In this document: piece by piece, positions 54,337 through 63,209 of the stretch
How positions within the stretch are numbered: the first letter of the stretch is position 1
How the letters are laid out: each line of letters starts with the position of its first letter
DNA from: Gemmatimonadota bacterium
Lineage (GTDB): Bacteria; Gemmatimonadota; Gemmatimonadetes; Gemmatimonadales; GWC2-71-9
Direction of reading: 5' to 3'
NCBI GenBank assembly: GCA_003246755.1
Contig: QKDC01000094.1
Coordinates: 11,139-75,138, forward strand
DNA length: 64,000 bases
The notes under the pieces: model-generated
Database searches by the model: none
Told to the model about the DNA's origin: nothing
The model's input: only the letters and a program-made list of their open reading frames with translations
Program-made: the position numbers and the translations under genes

Positions 54337-55692
54337 TCAGAGTGCCGTGGGGAAATCGAGAAAATACGACCGCCCGGCGCGATCGACGAGGTCGGGAGCG
54401 AGAGAAGGCTCGATCTCCAGGTACTTCGCGATATCGAGCAGGTGGTCGATGAGGTCCCTCGGGTGACAGCCCCGAGGAGCGATGGAGTGCGCGTGATAAA
54501 AGTTCTGATAGATCTGTCGCACTGCTGCCGCATCGTAGGGAATCTCCTTCTCGGCGCAGTAGCGTTCGAAAATCCGTTCGTACTGCTCCACCGTCGGGCT
54601 CTCGACGAGGATCTTGTAGTGGATTCGTCTCAAGAAGGCTTCTTCAACAAGCATCTTGGGATCGATGTTCGTGGCAATCACCAGCAGGGCATCAAACGGT
54701 ACGGGAAACTTCGACCCCGTGTGGAGCGTGAGGAAATCCACTCGCTTCTCCAGTGGAACGATCCATCGGTTGAGGAGTTCGCGAGGAGGGACCCGCTGGC
54801 GGCCGAAGTCGTCGAGGATCAGCACGCCCCCGTTGGCCTTTACCTGGAATGGGGCTTGATAGAGTTTGGTCTGAGTGTCGTACTGCAGATCGAGCTGATC
54901 GAGGGTCAATTCACCCCCGACGAGCACCACCGGTCGCCGCACACAGAGCCATCGTTGATCGGCGTCGGCATCCTGCCGCCAGAGACCTTCTTCTCCGGGA
55001 CGCACCGAAAGCCCAGCATCGTCGGGTGGACGATGATAGAGCGGGTCATAGACCACCATGACCTGACCGTCGATCTCCACAGCGTAGGGAACGAAGATGT
55101 TGCCGCCGAGCAGGTAGGCAATGGTCTCGGAAATGGCTGTCTTGCCGTTGCCCGATTCCCCGTGAAGGAAGAGGGAGCGACCCGAGTTGATGGCAGGACC
55201 TATTTCATCGAGCGTCTCCTGGTTCAGGACCAGCCAGCCGAACCCGGCCTCGACACTCCGACGGGTGACGTGTGCGTGACGACTGCCCTGGCTGCCAACC
55301 AGCGCTCGGTATTGGGTGAGAGGCACGGGTGCCGGTCCCACGTACTGATTCGAGGCCATCGCTTCACGCGCACGAGCGCGACCCTCTGCCGGGAGATCGA
55401 ACGTGTAGCCGGCGCGACTCGCCCCCACGGTGGACCGTACCTCGACGAGCTGACGTTGCTGCAAATCGAGCAGCAGTTCGTCGATGATCGGAAACGGAAG
55501 CTTGACCCCCTCCGCCAGCTGCTGCCCCGTACGGGCTCCTGATGTGTACATCATCTTGAGGAGAAGGTCGCTGACGAACTCGGGGCCCAGGCCGACATCG
55601 GCCATCGTCCTCGGGGCACCGGGCCCCTTGCTGGTCGTCGCGACTCCGGCATCAGTTGAGACGTCGTCGAGGGGCACGTATCCCGTACTCAT
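54337..55692 (-). CDS. AAA+ family ATPase with N-terminal winged-helix-like domain (not CpaF/TadZ type)
   Basis: Walker A LHGESGNGKT. Walker B VLILDDFGRQ. Sensor-like ATNIDP. LNRWIVPLEKR motif. ATGA overlap with the upstream DUF192 stop. Start at MSTGYVPLDD. Confidence 0.75.
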   Translation of the reverse strand: MSTGYVPLDDVSTDAGVATTSKGPGAPRTMADVGLGPEFVSDLLLKMMYTSGARTGQQLAEGVKLPFPIIDELLLDLQQRQLVEVRSTVGASRAGYTFDLPAEGRARAREAMASNQYVGPAPVPLTQYRALVGSQGSRHAHVTRRSVEAGFGWLVLNQETLDEIGPAINSGRSLFLHGESGNGKTAISETIAYLLGGNIFVPYAVEIDGQVMVVYDPLYHRPPDDAGLSVRPGEEGLWRQDADADQRWLCVRRPVVLVGGELTLDQLDLQYDTQTKLYQAPFQVKANGGVLILDDFGRQRVPPRELLNRWIVPLEKRVDFLTLHTGSKFPVPFDALLVIATNIDPKMLVEEAFLRRIHYKILVESPTVEQYERIFERYCAEKEIPYDAAAVRQIYQNFYHAHSIAPRGCHPRDLIDHLLDIAKYLEIEPSLAPDLVDRAGRSYFLDFPTAL

Positions 55693-56060
55693 GCATTCTC
55701 CTCTCCCCCAGGAGACGACCACGCCAGCAGATCCCCGGTCACCGTACCCGTTCGCGCCAGAGTGCCCGTCGTCAATTCAATCGCGGCAGCAGCCTGCCGG
55801 TGGATGCGCGTTACACGACCTGGTACCAAACCGTTGTATGTGGCCACGACCTTTCCGCCCTGATCGATGAAGACCACGTCGATCGGGTACCGCATCCCGA
55901 TCATATGGATCCCACGGCAGGGCCGGAGCAGCAATCCTTCCCCTTCCTGGAGGGTGGGACGCCCGAGCAGGCCACGGAACCTGCTCCACCACGTGTCCGC
56001 GCGTTCCACACGCTCCCCCAGAATCGTTCCGCGATCGGTGTTGCGGACCCGCAGATACAC
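55689..56060 (-). CDS. DUF192 domain protein
   Basis: FRGLLGRP...GLLLRPCRGIHMIGMRYPIDVVFID...V matches the DUF192 (COG1430) pattern. GTG start 2 nt after the tadC stop. Confidence 0.75.
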   Translation of the reverse strand: MYLRVRNTDRGTILGERVERADTWWSRFRGLLGRPTLQEGEGLLLRPCRGIHMIGMRYPIDVVFIDQGGKVVATYNGLVPGRVTRIHRQAAAAIELTTGTLARTGTVTGDLLAWSSPGGEENA

Positions 56061-56062
56061 GC

Positions 56063-56995
56063 CTAGAGGCCGCCCAGGACCTTGATCGCCTGAAGAATGC
56101 CGCTCCCGAGGATCACGATGAACAGGGCAGGAAACACGCAGAACACCAATGGGAAGAGCATCTTGATCGCGGTTTTTGCGGAGGCTTCTTCGACACGCTG
56201 ACGGCGCTTGGTGCGAAGCGTGTCGGCGTGAATTCGGAGCGCCTGGGCAACCGAGGTACCAAAACGGTCGGTCTGGATCAGCACGGTCACCAAGGACCGT
56301 GCGTCATCGAGGTCGGTTCGAGTAGCGAAGTTCCTCAGCGCGTCTTCGCGCGGCGTCCCCGCACGCATTTCCAGCGTCAGGAGACCCAGTTGCTCCCCCA
56401 GCACCGGGCTGATGAGCGCAACTTCGTCGGCGACCCGCTGGAGAGCCTGATTCAACCCCAACCCTGCCTCAACACACACGACCATGAGATCGAGGGCGTC
56501 GGGAAGTGCCCGGAGCATCTCCCCGCGGCGCCTGTTGCCCCGTGCCACGAGAAGGAACGTCGGGGCAACCCAACCCAGTGCGGCCCCCCACAAGCCGATG
56601 ACCACGATCAGGGGCTGTGGCAAACTGAGGTAATTCACCAGGGCCGGGGCGCCGGCGAGGAAGAGCAGTCCCAGCAGCACAGCAGCGACGATTCGAGCGC
56701 CGTAGAACACCGGAACGGCCCCGGGACCAAAGAAGCCCGCGGCGATCAACACGCGTCGCGTCTTGGATGGCCGGTCGCCGTCTCCCTGCACCCGGGTGCC
56801 CAATGCGCTCAACAACTCAGCCAGTCGGGCGGCTTGGACTTCTCTGCGCCGACGCTCAGCCGCACCGACGGCTTCGGCCCCAGACATGGTCCTGAGACGC
56901 CGGATCATCTCGGGTTCCGCAGGAATCAATTGACCCGCGAGCAGGACCAGGCCGGTGACGGAGAGAGCTATGAGAGCGGCGACGGCGTAGATCAT
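56063..56995 (-). CDS. tadC: Flp pilus assembly platform protein TadC (T2SS F family)
   Basis: T2SSF domain LPDALDLMVVCVEAGLGLNQAL and a C-terminal TM pair. Position downstream of tadB. Confidence 0.85.
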   Translation of the reverse strand: MIYAVAALIALSVTGLVLLAGQLIPAEPEMIRRLRTMSGAEAVGAAERRRREVQAARLAELLSALGTRVQGDGDRPSKTRRVLIAAGFFGPGAVPVFYGARIVAAVLLGLLFLAGAPALVNYLSLPQPLIVVIGLWGAALGWVAPTFLLVARGNRRRGEMLRALPDALDLMVVCVEAGLGLNQALQRVADEVALISPVLGEQLGLLTLEMRAGTPREDALRNFATRTDLDDARSLVTVLIQTDRFGTSVAQALRIHADTLRTKRRQRVEEASAKTAIKMLFPLVFCVFPALFIVILGSGILQAIKVLGGL

Positions 56996-57004
56996 GGAGT
57001 CACC

Positions 57005-57976
57005 CTACAGCTCGATGTCGAGAATGCGACGAATCCAGAGATACCCGACGACTTGAAACACGGCCGCACCCACCAGGAGGTACTTGCCCGTATCCTCTCG
57101 AAAGAGGGGCATCATGTACTCGGGGTTGAGCACCCAGAGTGCGAGCCCCAGCACGATCGGCAGCGCGGCGAGCACATACCCCGAGAGCCTCCCCTGCGCC
57201 GTGATCACTCGCAACTGACGCCGGAGCTTGAAACGCTCGCGCACCATGAACGCAATGTTGTCGAGAATCTCCGCCAGATTGCCACCCACCTGACGATGGA
57301 TCGTGATGGCGGTAACGAGGATCCGCGCGTCGGTCGAATTCATCCGCTCGGCGAGTGCAAGCAGGGAGTCGTCGAAGGGAAGCCCGAATCTCTGTTCCTC
57401 GAAGGTCTGCCGAAACTCCGTGGCGACCGGTTCCGGCGCCTCGTCGGCCACCATATTGAACCCTGCGCTGAGCGGGTGCCCCGCGCGCATGGCTCGTCCC
57501 AGGAGGTCGATGGCATCCGGCAACTGCTCCTCGAGTCGGTCTTGCCGTCGCATGGCCCGATGTCGAAGAAAGAGATAGGGTATCAGGGCACCCGGAGGCA
57601 CCAGGAGGATCCCGAGAAACACCGATCTGGTGAACAGGGCGCCGGCTAGTCCGAGGCCAACGGCCAACCCTGAACTCACGAGGAGGAAACTCTGGACCGA
57701 CCAGGTCGACCCGGCACGGTGGAGCAGCCCGGTGATCCCTCGAAGCGACGGAACGACTCCGGCCATGCGCTCGAGCCAGGAGATTCCGGCCTGCTGGCGC
57801 AACAGCGACTGGGCTTCGACACCGAACGACTTCTCGCTGAAATCCCGGAGCTTCTGCACCACGTTACGGGCCCGGAACCGCTCCTGCGCCCACTCCAGGA
57901 GGAGCGCGAGCGACACCGTGCCCAAGGCCACGGCCAGGAAGACCAGGGCGGCGGTGAGAAGCGTGGTCGCCGGCAT
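57005..57976 (-). CDS. tadB: Flp pilus assembly platform protein TadB (T2SS F family)
   Basis: LPDAIDLLGRAMRAGHPLSAGF T2SSF motif. Position downstream of cpaF. Confidence 0.85.
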   Translation of the reverse strand: MPATTLLTAALVFLAVALGTVSLALLLEWAQERFRARNVVQKLRDFSEKSFGVEAQSLLRQQAGISWLERMAGVVPSLRGITGLLHRAGSTWSVQSFLLVSSGLAVGLGLAGALFTRSVFLGILLVPPGALIPYLFLRHRAMRRQDRLEEQLPDAIDLLGRAMRAGHPLSAGFNMVADEAPEPVATEFRQTFEEQRFGLPFDDSLLALAERMNSTDARILVTAITIHRQVGGNLAEILDNIAFMVRERFKLRRQLRVITAQGRLSGYVLAALPIVLGLALWVLNPEYMMPLFREDTGKYLLVGAAVFQVVGYLWIRRILDIEL

Positions 57977-57981
57977 GGGAC

Positions 57982-59367
57982 TTACCGGCGTCCCCGGTTG
58001 TCCGCGACGTTGTCAAACAACGTCGCCGGCAACCCAACGCCATAGGCGAGCAAGCGGTCGGTAAACTTGGGCCGAATCCCCGTGGCGAGGAACTGCCCGA
58101 CGACCTTGCCCTCTTCACCAATCCCGGTTCGCTCGAACGTGAAGATTTCCTGCATGGTAATGACGTCCCCTTCCATCCCGGTGATCTCGGAAATCTGAGC
58201 GATCTTTCGCGTTCCGTCCGAGAGACGAGCCACCTGGATCACGACTTGAATGGCGCTCGCCACCTGATGCCGGATGGCACGTTCCGGCAGATTGAGATTG
58301 GCCATGGACACCATGGTTTCCAATCGGGCCAGCGCATCGCGTGGACTGTTTGCATGGAGGGTCGTGAGCGAACCATCGTGGCCGGTGTTCATGGCCTGTA
58401 GCATGTCCACCGCTTCGGCCCCGCGCACCTCACCGACGATGATCCGATCGGGGCGCATCCGCAGGGCGTTGATCACCAGTGCCCGAGAGGGCACTGCGCC
58501 CTCACCCTCGATATTGGGTGTGCGCGTTTCCAGCCTGACCACATGCGGCTGCCGAAGTTGTAGTTCCGCCGAGTCTTCGATGGTGACGATGCGTTCCGAC
58601 GCCGGAATGTAGGCCGAGAGCGCGTTGAGCAGGGTCGTCTTACCCGACCCCGTTCCTCCTGAAATCAAGACATTGATGCGTGCCTTCACGATGCCCGACA
58701 AGAGTTGCAGCATCGGATTCGTCATGGTGTCGAGTTCGACCAGATCCTCACCACTAAAGGCATCCCGCTTGAACTTCCGGATCGAGAGGTGAGCTCCGTC
58801 GATCGCCAGGGGTCGGATGATGGCATTGACTCGCGATCCGTCGGGTAGTCTGGCGTCAACCATCGGGGAGGAGTCGTCGATGCGACGCCCCACGGCGGAC
58901 ACGATACGATCGATCACCTGTAGAAGATGTCGTTCGTCCTGGAACTGGATGTCGGTTTCCTCGATCTTTCCGTGTCGTTCGATGAACACCTGATTCCAGG
59001 TGTTGACCAGAATGTCTGAAACCTCCGGATCCTTCATCAGCGGCTCGAGCGGGCCCAGGCCGAAAATCTCGTCCAGGATTTGGGTGACCAAGTCTTCCCG
59101 CTCGTCGAAGTTGAGCGGGACTTTCTCGGAGGAAAGCAGTTCGTGGACCACCCGACGGATGGCCTCTACGACCGTCGCCCGGTCGGTCTTTTCGAGAGTG
59201 GCGAGATTGAGCTTTTCGAGTAGGCGACGGTGGATCCGCCCCTTCAGAAGCGCCCACTCGTGGGCACTCGACTCCGAGATCCCACCAGCACCGTCGTTGT
59301 CCCGGGTCTCCACCGGCTGCTCATGGGTATCGCTCTCCCAAGGCAGGGCTCCTCGGCCCTCACTCAC
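57982..59367 (-). CDS. cpaF: Flp pilus assembly ATPase CpaF/TadA
   Basis: Walker [17 protein letters not shown], Asp box TIEDSAEL, Walker [13 protein letters not shown], His box [12 protein letters not shown]. Confidence 0.93.
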   Translation of the reverse strand: MSEGRGALPWESDTHEQPVETRDNDGAGGISESSAHEWALLKGRIHRRLLEKLNLATLEKTDRATVVEAIRRVVHELLSSEKVPLNFDEREDLVTQILDEIFGLGPLEPLMKDPEVSDILVNTWNQVFIERHGKIEETDIQFQDERHLLQVIDRIVSAVGRRIDDSSPMVDARLPDGSRVNAIIRPLAIDGAHLSIRKFKRDAFSGEDLVELDTMTNPMLQLLSGIVKARINVLISGGTGSGKTTLLNALSAYIPASERIVTIEDSAELQLRQPHVVRLETRTPNIEGEGAVPSRALVINALRMRPDRIIVGEVRGAEAVDMLQAMNTGHDGSLTTLHANSPRDALARLETMVSMANLNLPERAIRHQVASAIQVVIQVARLSDGTRKIAQISEITGMEGDVITMQEIFTFERTGIGEEGKVVGQFLATGIRPKFTDRLLAYGVGLPATLFDNVADNRGRR

Positions 59368-60614
59368 GATCTGCTCCCTTCAACACCTGCGGCGTCGCCC
59401 CGGTTGCGGAACAGTCGGCTAAAAAGCCCTCGCTTCTGGTGCCGGTCCGTGTCCGTCGCCTCCGTTTGAGTGATCCGATTCGCCAGCGACCGGATGTCTC
59501 TCGTATAGGGTGATTTCCCGTCGTTGTGGACAACGGGCTTCCCTGAATTCACGGATCGAATCACCGCCTCGAAGTCATTCGCCAAGGTGCCGTACACCGG
59601 CAGACCGAGGCTCCGTTCCACGTCTTTGAGCGACACCTCGTGGTCGGCCTCGTGACGGTTCACGATGAGATGGAGTTGCTCGGTCCCGCGCTGCATCACT
59701 CGGTTGAGGAGCGGCACCGCACGTTGGACATTGCGCAGACTCGGGAGGTCGACCGTCGTGATCAGAAAGACCTCATCCGCGTATTCGAAGGCCGCGATGG
59801 TCTCGGGACTGAAAGACCGCGGCGTATCGATCAGCACGTACCGATAGTGGCCGCGAAGGTACTGCAGGATCTGCCGGATCTGATCCTTCGTGAGTTCCGT
59901 GGCCTTTTCGGGATGAAATGGCGCCGAGAGGAGATGCACTCCGGTCTCGTGTTGCTCGATGTACGAAGCGAGGAGGTCCGCGTCAACACGATGAAAGTTC
60001 CGCACGAGATCCACGAAATTGAACTGCGGCTTCATGCCGAGGAGCAGAGACACCTCACCGAGTTCGGCATCGAGATCGACCACCAGGGTCGGTTCCCCAG
60101 TCAAGCGATGGATCTCCACGGCCAGGTTCGTCACTGCCGTGGACGTCCCCGAGCCCCCCTTCGCACTGAAGAACGCCAGCATTTTGCCAAGGGTCCGGCC
60201 CGCTTCACCGGTTGGGGTCACCTTGGGCAGAAGGCGCTCGATTGCCTCCGCCAAGAGCGGGGGCGTGACCGGTTTGGTGAGATACTCACTCAAACCCGCG
60301 CGCATCGCTTGGAGCAGCACCGACGACTCGAGTGTTGCCCCGACACCAACGATTACCAGGCCGGGTGACGCCTTCACCAAGTCCCGCGCCAGAGAAACGG
60401 CGAGGTCCACCGATGAATCAAAATCGACGAAGACCAGGGCGGGGGTGGCCTGTTGGATGGTCTTGAACTGGGTCCCTGAGAGAGCATCCAGTCGGACGGA
60501 GAAACTCTGGAGCAGCGCGAAGGCGCCCCCCGAACCACGGGCATAGCCGGCCAGGGACTCGCGAAGAGTCGCGTCGGGGCTGATGAGGATACCGCGAACG
60601 GGTCCGTTGGTCAT
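59364..60614 (-). CDS. cpaE: CpaE/TadZ-like protein (receiver-like N-domain + MinD/ParA-type ATPase)
   Basis: REC-like N-terminus (LVFVDFD ... [12 protein letters not shown]). Deviant Walker [18 protein letters not shown]. 4-nt overlap with cpaF. Confidence 0.8.
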   Translation of the reverse strand: MTNGPVRGILISPDATLRESLAGYARGSGGAFALLQSFSVRLDALSGTQFKTIQQATPALVFVDFDSSVDLAVSLARDLVKASPGLVIVGVGATLESSVLLQAMRAGLSEYLTKPVTPPLLAEAIERLLPKVTPTGEAGRTLGKMLAFFSAKGGSGTSTAVTNLAVEIHRLTGEPTLVVDLDAELGEVSLLLGMKPQFNFVDLVRNFHRVDADLLASYIEQHETGVHLLSAPFHPEKATELTKDQIRQILQYLRGHYRYVLIDTPRSFSPETIAAFEYADEVFLITTVDLPSLRNVQRAVPLLNRVMQRGTEQLHLIVNRHEADHEVSLKDVERSLGLPVYGTLANDFEAVIRSVNSGKPVVHNDGKSPYTRDIRSLANRITQTEATDTDRHQKRGLFSRLFRNRGDAAGVEGSRS

Positions 60615-60626
60615 GAGCGATCGCGC

Positions 60627-61841
60627 CTATTCGACGAGACGGAGGATTCGGGTGAGCGTCCCCCCACCCGGCCCGGACCCCTGCGCGAAACCCATATACC
60701 GACCGTAGAGATCGTGCTGCGGCGTACACTTCTTCTCCAGCGTCACACCACCGTTCTTGCTGCATCCCTCAAAGAAGAAGAGAGCGAAATTATTGAACTT
60801 GATCGTGGCGTTCACTTGGGTTGGGGCCGCGTTTGGCTCAAAGAGCCCCATCACCCACGCCCTTGGGCTCTGACGCCAGTCGGAGAATCCGCTCACGATC
60901 GAACCCGTCCTTCCAGTGACTGGGTCAATCACCGTGGGATCCCAATGGGCGGTCGGGTCGGCATCCCACATATCCTCGATGGGCTTGCCGACAATTGAGG
61001 AAATCTCCCCGGTGTGGATCTGGTACGCTGTGTCGACAAACGCCGACATGGTTCTGCAGGTGGCCATCGCCGCCCGGATGTCGGGCGTCTTGATCTCCCC
61101 GGGGAGCCCCCAGAGAGCCCAGTACCCCGGCCGCAGACACTTGTTGCCGTTCGCGTCGAGGCACTGCGTGGCTCCCGAGTTGCCCTGGTCGCGCAAAAAG
61201 AGTTGCCTCCCCCAATCCCGAGAGGCATCCCGGAGATCCGTTCCATACCCAGTTTGCGGTGGCGTGAAGCTTGGGTCGTATCGGCCATAGATGTCCCCGG
61301 GATCCCATTCCCAATCTTCGCCCGGGTCGATCAAATGGTTGTGGTTCGGGTCGTCGTCCTGGTCGTCCCAGATATCGAGCACGGCGACTGGTTTGGAGCA
61401 AACGGCACCTCCCGCATAATCGGCCACCGCCGCCGCCGTCGCTCCGATGGGGAAGGCGTTCATCCCAAAGATTCTCGCGAACCACACGGGAACGACGGCC
61501 CGGCGCACCTTCACGCGAACCTTCTGGCTGTCGTAGATCACGGTGACCGTGACCTCCGACAGGCTGTCGATGTGCTGGCCCGCCATGTAATTGGTGTCGG
61601 CCAGTTGTCGGGCTCGTGTGACGGCCTGCGTGGATTCCGCAGCTCGGCCGATGTCGAGCAAGAAGGCGCTCGCGCCACCGAGCGCGGCCGCATCGGCCGC
61701 ACGCTGCGCCTCGCCCCGCACCTTGAGGAGCATCCCGATGTCGATCACCATCCCCGCCATGCCGAGGAGCGCCACCATCGAAACGGCAACCAGGACCAGC
61801 GTTCCTCCGCGGCGACTACGTGTAACGGTTGTGGTCTGCAT
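60627..61841 (-). CDS. TadG-like protein (Tad_N / TadE-G-like N-terminal helix)
   Basis: RGGTLVLVAVSMVALLGMAGMVIDIGMLLKVRGEAQRAADAAALGGA is the typical pseudopilin-like TadG N-terminus. Start set at MQTTTV. Confidence 0.7.
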   Translation of the reverse strand: MQTTTVTRSRRGGTLVLVAVSMVALLGMAGMVIDIGMLLKVRGEAQRAADAAALGGASAFLLDIGRAAESTQAVTRARQLADTNYMAGQHIDSLSEVTVTVIYDSQKVRVKVRRAVVPVWFARIFGMNAFPIGATAAAVADYAGGAVCSKPVAVLDIWDDQDDDPNHNHLIDPGEDWEWDPGDIYGRYDPSFTPPQTGYGTDLRDASRDWGRQLFLRDQGNSGATQCLDANGNKCLRPGYWALWGLPGEIKTPDIRAAMATCRTMSAFVDTAYQIHTGEISSIVGKPIEDMWDADPTAHWDPTVIDPVTGRTGSIVSGFSDWRQSPRAWVMGLFEPNAAPTQVNATIKFNNFALFFFEGCSKNGGVTLEKKCTPQHDLYGRYMGFAQGSGPGGGTLTRILRLVE

Positions 61842-61883
61842 ATCGCACCTCTTCCACACGCCAATGTTCGCTGGCGCGTCCGC

Positions 61884-63209
61884 TTACTGCGATGGCGGTA
61901 CCGTCGTCATGGGCGACGTCCGCTGCGCCTGACCCTCCAACGATCGGCGCATCCACCCTGGCCATGACCAGGTGTCCGGTTCACCCGTCGGGATGGCAAT
62001 CGGGGTATCGCTGGCGCCGACCAATCGGGGGGTCACCAATACCAGCAGTTCGGTCTGTTTCGCGCGCGTTTGTGTGGACCGGAAGAAGTGCCCGAGAATC
62101 GGAATGTCACCGAGAATCGGGATCTTCGACACGTTGTCGATGGTGGAGTTGTCGATCAGGCCGGCGAGGGCCAGATACTGACCCTCTCGCAGCTCGACTT
62201 CCGTCTCCGCACGACGCACCAGGATGCTCGGGAGTTGGAAGCCGGAGATGGTCACACCGTTGGCGAAGTCGAGTTGAGACACTTCGGGAGCCACCTTGAG
62301 ACGAATGGCGCCACTCTGGGTGATGGTTGGTGTGAAGCGCAACCGGACGCCGAATTCCCGGAACGCGATGGTGACGGCGTTCTGCGTGTTGGTTCCACCG
62401 GTTGACACACCTTGGATGGTTGGATACGGGAATTCACCGCCGGCCAGGAAGGTCGCTTCCTTCCCCGGCAAGGTGAGGAGGTTCGGTTCAGCGAGACTCC
62501 GGAGGGTTCCCTTGGTGATCGCGGCGTCGATGATCCCCTCGATGCTCGCCCCCGGGTTGGAGAGCAGAACTCGGATCAGGCCATCCGACAGCGTCTCACC
62601 GAGCCAATCACCGTCACTGTCCAAGTCCTGGGGATTGAGAGTCGCCAGCTGCGACGCAAAGTCCTTGAGGTTACTGCGACTGATTTCGGCGAACCGAACC
62701 TGGAGCAGCACTTGCACCGCCGGTGGGGATACCAGGTTGTTGATGACCGACTGGACCCCTGTTCCCTGGGCAATTGCCACGGCACGATCCACGACGACCG
62801 GATCGTTCACGGTACCGGAAAGCGTCACCGAGCTCCCACTGGCCGTCACCACGAACCGCTCACCCGGGAGCGCCTCGGCGAGGTACCGCTCGAGCGCCGG
62901 TGTGTCGATGGTCACCTCCACCGAGAACATCTTGGGCGTGGTCCCGATCTCCCAGAGGATCAGGCTTGTCGACCCCAACTCCTTCCCATTGATCAAGAGT
63001 TCATTGGGACTGAGGACCAGGACCTCCGCGATGGCGGGATCCCCGACGGTGAACCGCTGAATCGGGGTATCTGTCACCAGCAGGAGTGAGGCACCGCGGG
63101 AAACCGACAGGGCTTCCGATGGTTGTTTCATCACCTGCTGCGCCTGGGCGACCGGCCAAATGGCGGGGAGGCAGAGCAAGGCCAGTAGAACGCGGAAACG
63201 TGAGGTCAT
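61884..63209 (-). CDS. cpaC: Flp pilus secretin CpaC/RcpA
   Basis: Signal peptide MTSRFRVLLALLCLPAIWPVAQAQ. N-terminal pilus-N/BON-like domain. Secretin C-domain SKIPILGDIPILGHFFRS...LLVLVTPRLV. Confidence 0.88.
   Translation of the reverse strand: MTSRFRVLLALLCLPAIWPVAQAQQVMKQPSEALSVSRGASLLLVTDTPIQRFTVGDPAIAEVLVLSPNELLINGKELGSTSLILWEIGTTPKMFSVEVTIDTPALERYLAEALPGERFVVTASGSSVTLSGTVNDPVVVDRAVAIAQGTGVQSVINNLVSPPAVQVLLQVRFAEISRSNLKDFASQLATLNPQDLDSDGDWLGETLSDGLIRVLLSNPGASIEGIIDAAITKGTLRSLAEPNLLTLPGKEATFLAGGEFPYPTIQGVSTGGTNTQNAVTIAFREFGVRLRFTPTITQSGAIRLKVAPEVSQLDFANGVTISGFQLPSILVRRAETEVELREGQYLALAGLIDNSTIDNVSKIPILGDIPILGHFFRSTQTRAKQTELLVLVTPRLVGASDTPIAIPTGEPDTWSWPGWMRRSLEGQAQRTSPMTTVPPSQ

Noticed and set aside
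54319-57649. 407-aa (54319-55542) and 473-aa (56228-57649) plus-strand ORFs antisense to the AAA+ ATPase and tadC/tadB
   Set aside because: No motifs and an Arg/Glu/His-rich composition. The minus-strand genes have Walker and T2SSF motifs and operon-style junctions.
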